A stretch of 63,961 nucleotides of DNA, counting the filler, from Choristocarpus tenellus KU-1152 (taxonomy: Eukaryota > Protista > Phaeophyceae): assembly GCA_964200185.2 (NCBI GenBank). It is 9 parts of 9 records of this genome, joined end to end, with 100 filler letters (N's around TTAATTAATTAA, not from the genome) between each part and the next. Parts side by side here need not be neighbours in the genome. Positions count along the whole stretch, not along the records: positions 23,571 to 28,109 come from CAXNAD020014097.1; positions 28,210 to 33,302 come from CAXNAD020011900.1; positions 33,403 to 39,073 come from CAXNAD020010064.1; positions 39,174 to 47,585 come from CAXNAD020004743.1; 5 more parts are not named here. One strand, 5' to 3'. Below, piece after piece: positions 26,601 to 39,925 of this stretch (its first letter is position 1; the number at the start of each line of letters is the position of its first letter). The position numbers and the translations under genes are program-made. The notes under the pieces were generated by a model, which was not told the origin of the DNA, ran no database searches, and saw nothing but the letters and a program-made list of their open reading frames with translations.

Positions 26601-26898
26601 TATTGGTACCACTTTACAACGAACATATCTTTGTATGTATGTATGTATGTATGTATGTATGTATGTTCCCATCGCCTATGCAGCAAGGTCCGTGAAGGAG
26701 TTGAAAAGGAGGACTTGAAGTTGGAAGCAGAGCCAAGGAAAAAAAGTAGGATGAAGAGGATGAGCACTAGAGGCCTGCCTCCGTGTGGGTCAACACTGCA
26801 CCCTCCACTGGAGGTCGCCAAGGGCGTCCATGGCCTCCTCCCTCAGGTTTCTCTCTTCAGCCTCTTCAGTCCTCTCCACAAACTTCAACACCTTTATC
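23630..26898 (-). CDS. Probable 3' exons of an unidentified host gene (~26898-26805, ~24147-24053, ~23736-23630)
   Basis: AG-preceded open segments IKVLKFVERTEEAEERNLREEAMDALGDLQ, VIRVCPILVFSRGVNTELLELESL and GYCDTLVKEELLIV...DDDDVKT*; phases not fully resolved. Confidence 0.35.
24546..24804 (-). mobile_element. MITE family A, full copy, TSD AAGA
   Basis: GAATTAAAGTAACTTAGAGGGTA ... TACTCTCTAAGACACTTTTACTC flanked by AAGA on both sides. Confidence 0.9.
25269..25958 (+). pseudogene. Intronless disrupted ORF with CxxC and AT-hook-like GGRPKG motif, probably transposon-derived
   Basis: ORFs 25269-25469 and 25503-25958 are in the same frame, separated by one TGA; reads ...LLCSLCRLRK...GHGG*RDNRGGRPKGRMAKRAVQ... 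Confidence 0.4.
26385..26666 (+). mobile_element. Putative tRNA-derived SINE with (GTAT)n tail
   Basis: B-box-like GGTTCGAACCC at ~26434 followed ~200 bp later by a (TATG)n tail; A box eroded. Confidence 0.5.
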
Positions 26899-27750
26899 CT
26901 GGCATACGTGGCAAGTTTGGTCTTGACTTGTTGGAACCCTTCTTCCTTTTTCCTCCCAATTCATTCAGTCCCTTCACCACTCTCCTCCCCATCTTTGGAG
27001 TGGCCATGATTCCGCTAGAATACAAACTCTCCAAAATCTATCACAATACTTTCACCCATGCGGGGGATCTCACACTATGTATATACATCTTGTGAACAAC
27101 ATTGGACAGCAGCAATGTACCACCTAGCCCAAGGCGCAAGGTTCAATCTACTCGCGAGTACCAAACAGAAGAACCAGTTCCATGATCGTACATCATCAAT
27201 CTAGACTAATCTGTGCCTAACCAGATCACCCTGAAACAGACAACTCAACTCCTGATCACCACTGTGCAATCACCAAGACTCCAGTTCAGATGAAAATCAC
27301 AAAATATTGGGCGCCAAGATTTGTCAAGAATATGCTTTTATCCGTGTGTAAAAGAATATTCTGTATAAGAAACAAACTAAGGATGATGTCGAGACAATGT
27401 TTGTGTTCTGAAGGATAGTAGATGTGTTAGGGATTGAGAACTGGAATACGGAAGAGTTCAGCATTAGGAGGCATTATTGACAGGAATATGTGATTTGTGA
27501 TTGCTGACCCATAGACTATGAATGATTTCGTAACAAGGGCAACCCCCCCGCTTAAATAGTCTTTCTCACTCCAACGTTCTACCTACTACAACATAACTGA
27601 GAAGGAATTAGTCTACATATTTCTATGTCAAGACTTGGGATTCTCAAATTCTTTAACATGCTAGATAGGACACTTTAAAGTGCTGATATCTCAATAAAGC
27701 TGGAAATAGAGGGGTGAGACGGAGTGCTGATGTTGTCAGCTGTCCATAAC

Positions 27751-28008
27751 GAGTGAAAGTATCTTAGAGGATAGAGCCGCGTCCATTTGGAGGCCAAAAT
27801 CCAATGTTGCAATTTTGGTATAATTTTGGCTATTGTGTTTGTTAGGAAGTGTCAGTATATCCTTGTTCCGGACAGACCTTTTCATAACTAATACATTTTG
27901 CCTGCTAAACATTTTGGAGTAGGAAAATGTCATCAAAAACCCCAAGGGAAGCCAAGTCCCAAATGGACAAATAGGGCAAAACTCGTACCCTCTAAGATAC
28001 TTTCACTC
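27751..28008 (+). mobile_element. MITE family A, full copy
   Basis: GAGTGAAAGTATCTTAGAGG ... CCTCTAAGATACTTTCACTC; flanks AAC(G)/AACG. Confidence 0.92.
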
Positions 28009-28046
28009 AACGTGAAATTTGAGGAACGTGAACTTTGAGGATGAAA

Positions 28047-28109
28047 AGTGAAAGTATCTTAGAGGGTACGAGTTTTGCCCTATTTGTGTCCCAAAGTATC
28101 TGGGGGAGG
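28047..28109 (-). mobile_element. Partial MITE family A end, interrupted by a family-B terminus at the contig end
   Basis: AGTGAAAGTATCTTAGAGGGTACGAGTTTTGCCCTATTTGT then CCCAAAGTATCTGGGGG. Confidence 0.75.
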
Positions 28110-28209
28110 NNNNNNNNNNNNNNNNNNNNNNNNNNNNNNNNNNNNNNNNNNNNTTAATTAATTAANNNNNNNNNNNNNNNNNNNNNNNNNNNNNNNNNNN
28201 NNNNNNNNN

Positions 28210-31200
28210 ATGAAGACTATCAGATCACCAAACATTACCTTCAGCACCATATTAGGAGTGAGCGTTTGAGGGCCACGATTCAACAAGTCGCTCGTTCGCG
28301 TTATTTATCACTTCAACGAGAAATAGGAGATCGCGGAGAGCTAGGGAGCGCTCTAGCCGCGAGGACCATGAAAAAGGCTGGCCGAGGGGGCAGCCTTTTA
28401 CGACTGGTGACCATATTGACCCTGGGACGACAGGATCCCGTTTCAGGGGGCTTACCAAGGCCCAAGAGGCTTGTGATTTGTTGGATTGGTGAAGCATTTC
28501 GGTTCCTGTACATTTAAAGGACCGTGTTACAGCTGCGGGAAGAAAGGCCACCTGCGAACTGTGTGCCCCTAGAGAAGGGCAAACCCGTTAAAGGCGGCGG
28601 GAATACTAGCTGAACCAGATGAACCAGCTAGGGAATATAGGACCACCAAAGTCGGTGGGAAAATGCATATCACCAGAGGGCGACTCCGCACGAGGTGGCG
28701 GAAGAACTAGCTGGATCAGAGGAAGCGGCTAGGCCATGGAGGAAGTTCGAGGCTGGATCAGGAGAACCGGCTAGGACAGGAAGGAGATTTAAGACCATGT
28801 TAGCAGCAATCACTAACAATGGCGAGGTGAGTTTGAATGCTCTCGAAACGTGGTGTTTCGATTCGGGTGCTTCCAACAGTGTAACAAAAGACTTGATTCA
28901 TGTGTATGGATTCACCACATGTCCACAAGGCCACAAAATGACTGTGACTGACGGCACATCACTGCCCATTGTAGGGTACGGCAAAATTGATTTGAAGTTC
29001 AATGTTGGCCACGATGAGTGGGTGAATGTTATGTTGACGTCTGTTGCACTTGTCCCAAATATAGCATGCAACCTTGTATCCTAAAGTTCTACTGAAGATT
29101 TAGACGACACTCCAGGATACATCCTCTACATCCTCTACATCCTCCCTCCACATGCAATAGGACAAACAGGAGAAATCCAGGAGATGGGGGGTGAATGTAA
29201 TGATGATGGAATCATCTGGATTGAAGATGGACTAAGTGACGGTGATTAATCTGATGACACCTGGGATAATGGTGAATTTGTGGAGGAGATCGAGAACAGC
29301 ATTTATGATGACAACGAGGCGAAGGAGAATGAAGACATCCATGATGGTGATGATGATGGGATGCATGAAGCCAAAGACAGCCAATGTAAAAGGGAACTAC
29401 GACGACTCAGCATTGGAAATGGTGAAGACAACATCCTACCCCACCACACCAGATCAGTCAATACTTCCACCAAAGCTGCTGTTTTTGACATGTCCAATTT
29501 TTTATGACTTATTTGTCTGTTTCCATAGAGACTACCCTTGATATGTGTGCGAGTGATGATTCTATTAGAGTGTTCGCGAATGAGCTCCCTCCAGAACCCA
29601 AGACTGTAAGAGCAGCACGTAGCTCTCCCGAATGTGATTTATGGGATCGAGCTAAAGCAGAACAGATGTCTGGTTTGTTGTTGAATAATGTTTGGGTGGA
29701 GGCAGTATTACCCCCTGGACGCAGGGCTATAGACACTAAATGAATTCACAAGCGTACGACTAACAAATTTGGTGAGGTAGTTAGATACAAGGCACGATTG
29801 GTAGCAAAAGGTTTTCGACAGATTGAGGGTTTAGATTACCAAGATACCTTTGCACCAACACCATCCCCTGCATCTTTGAAAATGTTATTAGCTTTAGCTG
29901 CAGACAGAAATTGGGAATTAAAGCATTGGGATGTGAAGCAAGCTTTCATACAAGCTGATATTAGAGAAGAGATTTTTGTACGTTTATGCGATGGTCGTGG
30001 TAAATGGCCTGGAAAGATTGTACGTTTGATCAAGGCACTCTATGGCACCAAACAGGCAAGCAGAGAGTTTAATAATCTGTTGGTACACGTTTTGGAAAAG
30101 TGTGGTTTTGAGCAATGTAGAGCTGACCCTTGTGTGTTACGCTATGTAAGAGATGGCGTTGTTTGTGCTGTGATAGCCCCCCACGTAGATGATCTTTTGG
30201 TAGCGGGTAAAATAGATGTTTTGATTTGGGTTCGCTCTAGGATATAAGAGCAGTTTTCCATAGGAGATTTTGGTGATATTGAGTATTATATAGGTTGTGA
30301 GATTTCACGTGACAAATGCACGGACTGTCGCCATCAGTCAGACTAGGTACATTATAGGTGTTAGTCAAAGATTTGGTATGGATGGGGCAAAGAAGAGGTC
30401 TGTACCCCATGATGTCTCAAGAACTCTAGACAAGAGTGAGAATCATCCAAGTGTTGATGAAAGTACACCGTACAGAGTGGCAGTTGGTAGTTTGATGTGG
30501 GCATCTGTTATGACTAGGCTTGACATTGCAAATGCAGTTCGTGAAGTTGCCAAGTACAGTAGTAATCCCAAAGTCACACATTGGCGTGCTGTGAAATGTA
30601 TTTTAGCATATTTGAATACGTGTCCCAGTGTTGGATTGAGTTTTGGTGGTTTTAGTACTGAGTGTGAGTTGAGTGCTTGTGCTGATACCAGTTATGCTGG
30701 AGACTGGAATGATCGTAGGTCAGTGACTGGAGGAGCAATTATGTTTGCAGGGGGAGCAATATCTTGGATATCAAAGTTGCAAAGAGTTGTAGCTCTATCT
30801 TCCACAGAGAGTGAATACATAGCACTTAGTAGCGTGGCACAGGAATTATTTTTATTGAGAAATGTTTTTAGTTTATTCAGCCGCAGTTTCCTAGGCGTTG
30901 CATTGACATGTTTGAGGATAACGATGGTGCATGCAAACTAGTACGAAATGCCACAAGCTCTACTAGAACAAAGCACATTGATGTCCGGCACCACCTTTTG
31001 AGGGATTTGTCTAGAAAAGGAGAGCGATTCGTGTTGTTTCTGTTGGTACTGCAAACCAGAGGGCAGATATCTTGACCAAGAATTTGCCAGTTCGAGTTTT
31101 TAGGCAACATGTGTTTTATTTTTTGTTGTGATCGTTTGAGAGTAAATTCTTGTTTTCGGCAAGGGGAGGATGTCGAATAACCTAGTGTTATCCTTACGTT

Positions 31201-31350
31201 ATCTGTGCTGATCCAAGTAAACAACATAGCTTATATGTACGTTGATCTTTAGTTTAGTACAATACAAGGTAGTAATGTACACATTGGTATGTTATGGTGA
31301 GTTAGTGGGACATTCATTGCAAATGGTATATTGGGACAATAGCATCAAGT
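28210..31350 (+). mobile_element. Degenerate Ty1/Copia LTR retrotransposon: protease, RT, RNase H, PPT and start of 3' LTR; integrase core missing; LTR end approximate
   Basis: WCFDSGAS (protease); YKARLVAKGFRQIEGLDY, DVKQAF, LIKALYGTKQA and HVDDLL (RT); DTSYAGD..DRRSVTG, ALSSTESEY and TKHIDVRHH (RNase H); PPT GGCAAGGGGAGGA then TGTCGAA at 31171; stops and frameshifts present. Confidence 0.93.
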
Positions 31351-33135
31351 GGAGCATGGAATTTCTTGTACCGTTGGAGGGATATATGTAGATTGTTATG
31401 CCATTCTACCGAACTATGAATTTCTACCTGGTGGATCCCAGCCACAACAAAACCAAGTAAGATCACCATCTGATGAGGAACTGTCCAAGTCACCGATATT
31501 CATCTGCATTCAAAGTTCTAGTTCCAAACTTCTGGGAGCTTCACACGGTTCAATCTATTTTTTCTAGGCACTCCTAAGGCTTGTGCTGTACAACCTTGCA
31601 CAATAATACTTGGTACCTATTAGTTACTTTACTTAACAATGGACAAGGTGAAGGAGTTCAATTGTATGTCAAAAGGGCATTCCCAATGCTAGAGGTACTG
31701 TAACTATTACAGCACACTCCAGAAGCTTACGCCCACAGGATGTATGGCTCAATCTACAGGCCTATAGATGATACTGATGCACAAGTCGTCAAGTATGCTG
31801 GATCTCTTACTTGGATTATCAACAATATCGTCGTATAAAGAGAAACTGGTCAATGATGTCTTATCACAATCGGGGACCATAATGACCAAACAATAAATAA
31901 ATAGGCAAGTACAAATATATCAAACCTAGGACTTCAAGGTCATGATGGTGTTTATGAACTGCCATCAAGATATATCGCCTGTAAAATAAACTACTTTACG
32001 CAATAATCCCTAATAATACCTTTCTTGACTATACGTTCAGGGTGAAGGGGCCTCAAAGAACTACGAAGTATCATCTATATGATGTTTACTGGACGAGAGT
32101 GAAAAAATAATCTATTGGTTGTTGAAAGAGGAGCGTATTTGACCAGGCTGAACACTAATAACGAGGACTCATAGAACCTCTGAAGAAAGCTACCAAATGC
32201 ACAGAGTGAAACTCCAACATGATGAGAACCTCTACAAAATCTAGGACCATAGACACTATCGTCGTCCATCCAACAAATGTCCAGAAATAAATGAATTTAC
32301 AAATGAACCACCTCAGGCAATCATCGGGACGATGTTTTTGTGTCCTAACTAAATTACCACGAAACCCAAAACACCACCTACCCAAGTTCATGTTCAATTC
32401 TGTTCGGGATAGAACTATTTTTTGGCGAAATTCTGTGCTACATTTTCCAAAACTCAAGTTCAATTTTGACACGTGCATAGAATGTGGTAGTTCGTCCTCC
32501 TTCCACAATTTAAATGAAGGTGGTACACATAATATGGTGTGATATTTTGTACTGTTTTTCTTGGAATTGAATAACTAGAGGTTTGACAGGGAAAAGTGCC
32601 TATATAGCTTTGAGTCACGAAACTGCATGTTCAATCAAATGTCTCAAATAACTTTTTCTTCCAGTTGCACGAATCCTCCATCTCACATGGGCCAGTGGTT
32701 TCTAGGCATGTGGGTTCAAGGTCCCATGCATTATTGTATGTTTGCAGATGATCACACCATAGAACTTAGCATGTCATATGTGTCACTCTTTTTCTTTTTC
32801 AGGACAGTGACGGAGACGGAAAGCGGAGTATTGAGGGTTGAGCGAAGGGGACTGGGGATGAAGAGGTAGAGGTTGCCTCTTCATCGAAGTATTCCAGGCG
32901 ATTAGCATTTGTATTGCTTCTCGCGCTCTAACCAGTGCGAACAGCAAGTATGCCCGCGGGAGCTCAAGAAGGGAATGTTCCATTCGCTATAGGTACAGTG
33001 CAAAATCTGCAACGTTGAGAATATAGCAATATTTTTCAGTTGTATTACGACTTCTGAAAACTTGACCATGCAGATTCCAATTGTGGTTTCTTACGACCCA
33101 CCCTTGGTCTCTGAGATTAGTCCCACAGTTAACTG

Positions 33136-33300
33136 GCTCAAAGTATCTGGGGAGGCGTGCCACCTGTCCATTCGGGGCCCATCCTTTCATAACGCGATTT
33201 TTGGTGATATGGTTGCATGCGTCGGATAGATAGTGTAAATGCAATTTTCCTTTTAGGACCAAAATGGACACCTTGGCGTAGATCCCCCCCCCCCCACACA
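33136..33300 (+). mobile_element. MITE family B (terminus GNSYCAAAGTATCTGGGG); termini also at ~28088, ~47540 and ~52040
   Basis: Shares CAAAGTATCT terminal motif with family A but continues into a G-tract; four occurrences, all at contig ends. Confidence 0.6.
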
Positions 33301-34489
33301 ATNNNNNNNNNNNNNNNNNNNNNNNNNNNNNNNNNNNNNNNNNNNNTTAATTAATTAANNNNNNNNNNNNNNNNNNNNNNNNNNNNNNNNNNNNNNNNNN
33401 NNGTCGTGTGAGGCTTCACACCTTCTTATCTTCACTACTAGCAAATAGCATTACCTCCCAAGGTAATTTGCACAGGGTCTGTGCTTAACTTTGGCCTTCA
33501 ATATTGCTTAAGAGGTAATGTTGAACTAATAAATGAATGGTGAAAGGTACCAATGAGCAGGGGTTCACCAGAGAGCATGAAAATAAATAATATTCTGAGA
33601 CAACCATCCCATCCGTAACGTTTATCAAGAATTGGTTGGACTACAGCTATAAGAGAAGGGGGGTGTTTGAGGATAGCTACAAGTTTCTACCTCTTCCCGT
33701 CTGACAATTTCTAATAATATCTCACTGCTTGTTTCTCCCTCATCACATCTGCAACGTCTCAGTAGGCCTAAGAGAACAAGAAACATATATTCTAGGGATT
33801 CCTTCTATGAGATATCTGTCGTCATCATTAGACGCAAACTTGCGGATATTTGTCACTATCATTAGACCCCCCCTTCCCACCTACGAGAGTCCAACCAGTG
33901 TCGACCCCATGGATCAGCCACGCAGGTAATAGCTTCACCCTATAAAAACAAGTGCAAAATGCTATGGGGTATAATGTAATTGTAGTATAATACGAAACTA
34001 TTTTGGTCGGTGCATTTACTGTTGTATGTTGTAGGAATTTGTATTGAATCTATGCCAACACCATATATTACTCCTACCAGAATCCCCCACGGGTCAATGT
34101 ACTACTCCTACGTACCTGGTCCTGGCTGGATACGCATAATACTGACTTCTTTTTGACTCACTCCATCTCCCTCCTTAGACGCTGATACTTTTCCCACCAT
34201 ATCTATCCACGTAGCTGTTTGAAACTCTTTAATCCTTTTCTCATCCAGAAAGTGACCTGCCCCCCTTCATTTTTTGTTGTACCTGGGTTGGTTCCGCCCT
34301 GCTGCTGTCCTCCGTCCATCTCAGGTCTATCATCCACCCTCTATACTGGTCATACATATGCCTGTTTAGCCTCCTCCTACATTTTACTCTTTCAAAGTTC
34401 TATTTTTTCTGACGACATATCTATACACATACAACCCCTTCAATATAATGCGTGGTACATTGCTAATTTACCTAGTAATAATGCACATT

Positions 34490-35510
34490 CCAACATATTC
34501 GAGATGGAAAATACACAAGAATATTTAGAGCTTGCCATTAGTCTTACTGAACTTGAACCGGACCTTGTTGACATTAAGAGAGCAACCACAAACAACCTCG
34601 CCTGAGAAGGAGGAGGACCAAGGAGCAGAAAACACTTGAGTGGGCTATTGTGGGGTATGCTTTTTGGTGGCTATGCAGGCATTGTCTCCAAAACTCAAGG
34701 AGGTTTGACCAGGATGATGACAGTGCTTGTCAAGTTGGCCGGATCATTCCACTTAACTGTATTAGTATTAAAGACAAAGACTATGTATCTTCGCCTCCTA
34801 GTCAGGATGCTGAAACCATGCAAGTTTTGGAACTGAACCTGACCTACAATCTGATTGAGAGGTTTGTTTACCTCTGGGGAACCATCAATGACAATGTCAC
34901 TGTTGCTGTTGAGATCAGCTAGAGGATTGAGAAAGCTTAGAGTAGTATTCACAAATAAATCCAAGTTCTTTAAAACAGGACCTCAGGTGTCTCAATCGAG
35001 CTCTAGATTCAAATGCTCGAAGCAATAGTGTTTGAAGTTCTCTTATATTCTTGTATGAAATGGACATTCCACCCGACTTAATATCTGAAGCTCTGCTCAC
35101 ATTAGCATAAATTCCTCCTCCGCTGAATAGGTTTCCGCAAACGGGAGCGCACAAATCATGCCCTGTCCTACATAAATGCTCTTGCAGAGATCGAGTGTGA
35201 AAGTATCGGACTAACAGTGCGCAAATGAAGGCTACTATTTACTGGATCTGTTGCTCACATGGGGGGTGAGCGACCTTCCAAGATATTGATGTTTGGGAGA
35301 CATGAATGGAAAACGGAATCAAGGTGTAAAGGAGAAAATTGATGGACAAGTCTCCAAGACGAACTTGATGAATTTAGGATTGGAATTGAGGATTGGAGCA
35401 CAAGTGCCATTTACCAAAGGAGAGCATGAGTGTATGACTAACGTCACAAAGAGGTTCAGGCCAAAAATGGCATCCAAAGGAAACTGTGCTAGCTAATGAA
35501 AGTCATATCA
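34490..35510 (+). mobile_element. Degenerate RTE-clade LINE, 3' part of reverse transcriptase
   Basis: LWGMLFGGYAGIVSKTQGGLTRMMTVLV...LTV..KTKTM (cf. WGMLYADDAGIVS..GLxxMMTVIV) and RFVYLWGTI..EI. Confidence 0.8.
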
Positions 35511-36093
35511 AAGCAGCAGCTAAGATGCCCAAGCCAACAACACCACCACCATCACTGTTTACTGAATATTGTATCATTATCGGGATGATTCTCTTGCATC
35601 CTTCTTTAATTTCTTTCTCCTCTAACCCTTACATATTTCGAGTCAAGGCGCTTTTCTCCTTCGTGTTCTATTCTTCTTATAAAGTTTATCCTCTTTTCTT
35701 CTCTTGTCCTCCTCCTTACAGTTTTTTTCAACTGCTTTTTTTCTCCCTTGATGCTATTTGTTTCCTTTTCTCGAGCAGTGTGCATTGCCTTATTATTCAC
35801 TACTTTTTCTAACACGGGTCAGTGATCCCTCATACTTATTGTGGTGATAACAGACATACATAGGAAATAGACTATTGCAACAAGGACGAATCCAGGATTT
35901 CGCTCAGTTCTAATTCTTGTCCTCACTAATAATCTACTTGTTTCTGGGATCCCTTACACTTACGTTATCCTGATATAGTTATATACCAATAATAGTAGCA
36001 TGCTTTGCCCCTTCACTCATCTCTGACTTGCTTTACCTCTGTGCTCACTCATTCAAGCAAGTATGCAAAGAGTGGCCAATACAATGATGTTCT

Positions 36094-36353
36094 GAGTCCA
36101 ATTATCTTAGAGGGTAGAGCCGCGCCCATTTGACGTCCAAAATCCAATGTTACGATTTTGATGTAATTTTGGTCATCGTGTTTGTTAGGAGATGTCAATA
36201 TCCTTGTTCCAGACACACTTTTTTCATAATATACACATTTTACCTACTCTGAATCATTTTGGAGTAGGTAAAATGTTACCTAAAACCCCTGGGAAGCCAA
36301 GCCCCAAATGGACAAACAGGCAAAAACTCGTGCCCTCTAAGATACTTTCACTC
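36094..36353 (+). mobile_element. MITE family A, full copy, TSD TTCT
   Basis: GAGTCCAATTATCTTAGAGGGTA ... CCCTCTAAGATACTTTCACTC flanked by TTCT on both sides. Confidence 0.92.
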
Positions 36354-37937
36354 TTCTGGCAGATACTTTGGGTCTTGATTATAGCTTCCAGCTTGTCTAT
36401 CATTTGTATACACCTTACAGTATCTGGCACCTCCCCAGACGATAACGTTGAGACATTTGATGGGCAATGTGGGCAAAGTCACCTATAACTCCATGATTCC
36501 AGGCCAAGAGGACAACGTAATACTGCCATCATCTGCCCTCAGAGTTCAAGGGGCAACGGTATACCACCTTCATTCTTCCATAGGGCGCTATCCTACGGCA
36601 ATAGCATTTGCGGGATATTGTATCACATTCAGTGAGGTACCCAGGTCTCTGGATGTTCGACCCTCCTTCGCCCTACAAGTATTTCACAGCTAACTTTGAG
36701 ATTCTTCTTCATAATACTATGGATACCTTTTCGTTCCAATATACCTTGATGAATGGGGATGAAATGAGTTATAGAGTGAAGAACATAGAACGAACGAAGG
36801 GTCAGAAACAGGTAGGAATCCTCTCCTGGCACATCTTACCTCATCAATACGTATAGTTCATATCCTCTCCATTATGCCGAGTTCCTCACATATCGCAGTT
36901 AACCACTGTCACTACATTACATCCACTGAACTCACATCAATCATATCCATTTTATTTCATTTCGTCTTAAATATTCCATTCCCTATTGCAATCCCCACGT
37001 CACAAAAGATAATTCTTCCTATTGACGAACTTTACAACATAGCACTTCAGTATCCCTTCAATATTCAAACATGTCTACTGTGTCATAGTCCTTCACTTCC
37101 ATTTTACACCATTTAATGAATAAACGTTATCCATTCCAATAGCATCTTATTTTACCACCCATTTCAATACAGAATCGTCACTATCCATTCATAACTCTAG
37201 TCACTCTACCTCTTCCGAACAGCAATACACACTGAGTAGCATTCCTCTTTTTAACAAGTACCACCTCCTTTCGACAGCTACCCACATAAAGATATAATCA
37301 GTCCATTTCTAACTCAATTTCCTTCCCGAATGTATACGCATTAAATTCTATCTCCACCATCCATGCATCCACCTCCTCTGCATAGGAACATGTCAAGTCC
37401 CACAAATTGGTGAACACACCTTCACCCATGCTCTGCAAAATATTACTTTCCTTCTGTCATACATCACCTTACACCTTTCATGCGGCAATACTCGTCTCTC
37501 ACCACCTTTCCCGCTTATGTACTCACCTCTGCTTTACCCTTTGCAGCACATGGGTGTCTAGGGGTAGTGCTGTAATCGACACTTAACGCCTATGTAAACT
37601 CATGTCTTCTTTCAAGCAATCCGCGTCAAGTGTTGTAGCACCTCTATTCCCTGTACCTTCATCGCTATATACACCAATACTGTATCAGGCATCGCTCATG
37701 CAGCAATACAAAACGAGTCGCACTTATACCGTGCCGTTCTTGACTCTTAGCTTGCATACTCTACTCAAGTATGCTTGTCACTGCACACGTACCTCACTGT
37801 AACACATTGGGTAACTATCAAGGCTTCACAATCAACTCTAGTATCACCACAGTATCACTACTGCATCCCTGATGCTGCATAAACCCATTATCTTGAAAGG
37901 TGACCTCCATACCAGTAGATCTCCAACTATAGCAGCC

Positions 37938-38195
37938 GAGCCAAAGTATCTTAGAGGGTAGAGCTGTGTCTATTTGGAGGTCAAAATCCAGTGTTGCGAG
38001 TTGATGTAATTTTGGCTATCGTGTTTGTTAAGAAGTGTCAATATCCTTGTTCCGGACACACCTTTTCAGAACTAACACATTTTACCTACTCCGAAACATT
38101 TCGGAGTAGTATAATATCATATAAAAACTTGTGGAAAGTCAAGCCTCAAATGGACGAATGGGACAAAACTCATACCCTCTAAGAAACTTTCACCC
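37938..38195 (+). mobile_element. MITE family A, full copy, TSD AGCC
   Basis: GAGCCAAAGTATCTTAGAGGGTA ... TACCCTCTAAGAAACTTTCACCC flanked by AGCC on both sides. Confidence 0.92.
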
Positions 38196-39255
38196 AGCCA
38201 ACCCACGGGGTATACCTGGAACAACACAACAATTTCCTCAATTGCCTACCGCCTGATTACTGACCACAGGGTTCAGGGCGTAGGCCTTACGCAGGTTGCC
38301 ATTTGGATACCCGTAGGGAATTATTTTATGAGGTACAACAGCACATAGCTGCCTCCCCACCAAAATAACTAGGTGGGCTATTATTTCCTCATCCCATAGG
38401 GCCACCTCTCTGACAGTGGAAAATCAAATTCGATTCCTTAAAGATGTATTTCGTCCCCTATCCACTGCAATAGAGGCACTTGGAAAGTGACAGAACGTAC
38501 AGAGTTGGGGGGGGGCATAACATTCAGGGAGAGTTCCAGTACAGAGTGTGTCACGTTTTGGCAACAGCACAACTACTACCCTCCATCAACTGTCTGGAAT
38601 GGGTATATGGTCACACATGGCGTGACAAGAGAGACACTTCACAGGCTCAGGTGTTAATTTGTAGACTTACAACTGTATTAACTGACAATAGCACACTTCA
38701 CTCTATATATAAACAATGTACCAAATTAAAGCTGGCCCTGAGAAATATGTTTTATTCTAGGGTCAATCCAGTGCCCTCAGAGATGCAGCTGAGCTGGGTC
38801 ACTGCTTGGCCTGCGACCATTGTCTGATCAGTAAGTTCAGTTATCTGCCAGTCCGATAAAAACTCCTTCACCCAGCAATGTAGTGAGCCACAATGATTTT
38901 CAATCGGGATCTCAATGACCGTGCATGTGTATAGAAAACACGCTATAGAAAAAAAAGTCCATACAACCTTTACTTGAGTTATATATGATAGTGGTGCTAC
39001 CTCTCTCCCCTTCAACCTGTAGTAAGGTGGTAACAGTAGCTTCGCCCTCTGTGGCAATATTGTTACAGGCGCCNNNNNNNNNNNNNNNNNNNNNNNNNNN
39101 NNNNNNNNNNNNNNNNNTTAATTAATTAANNNNNNNNNNNNNNNNNNNNNNNNNNNNNNNNNNNNNNNNNNNNATATACAGTACTGTGCAAAAAGTATAG
39201 TACAAATAAAAAATTGGAGTTCCAGACAGGACAACGATCCGAAGCATACGGCGAA

Positions 39256-39529
39256 GAAGAACCTTTTGCCTATTTGAAAAGAAGAACCTTTTGCCTATTT
39301 GAAAAGAAGAACCTTTTGCCTATTTGAAAAGAAGAACCTTTTGCCTATTTGAGAAGAAGAACCTTTTGCCTATTTGAAAAGAAGAACCTTTTGCCTATTT
39401 GAAAAGAAGAACCTTTTGCCTATTTGAGAAGAAGAACCTTTTGCCTATTTGAAAAGAAGAACCTTTTGCCTATTTGAAAAGAAGAACCTTTTGCCTATTT
39501 GAAAAGAAGAACCTTTTGCCTATTTGAAA
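39256..39529. repeat. 25-bp minisatellite, 11 copies, inside the Tc1 transposase relic
   Basis: (GAAGAACCTTTTGCCTATTTGA(A/G)AA)x11. Confidence 0.97.
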
Positions 39530-39925
39530 GGTGACCGGTGGCCTGCGACCTTGATGGAATGGCCTGCACAGTCGTCTGATTTTAATCCCATTGAGAACCT
39601 ATGGCATCATCTAGACTCGCAATTTCGAAAGAGGTCCACCAAAACCGACAAAACCTGTCAAAACCTATCAAAACCTAAAAATTGATGGATGAATTGTTCT
39701 TGTTCGATGCACTACGAGAAGAGGGGGAAAACATAAATAAAACATAAATAAAACATAAATCCGGAATATCTCAAGAATTTCGTGCACTCTATGCCAAAAA
39801 GATGCAGAGATGTTGTGGACGCTAAAGGATATTGGACCAAGTATTAGATAGAAGATGAAGAACTGCTTTAAATATGGTTATAGTATGGTTATAGTATGGT
39901 TATAGTATAGTTATAGTATAGTTAT

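Noticed and set aside
39256-39529. 25-bp repeat array as a possible CRISPR
   Set aside because: Head-to-tail repeats without unique spacers, eukaryotic context and no cas genes
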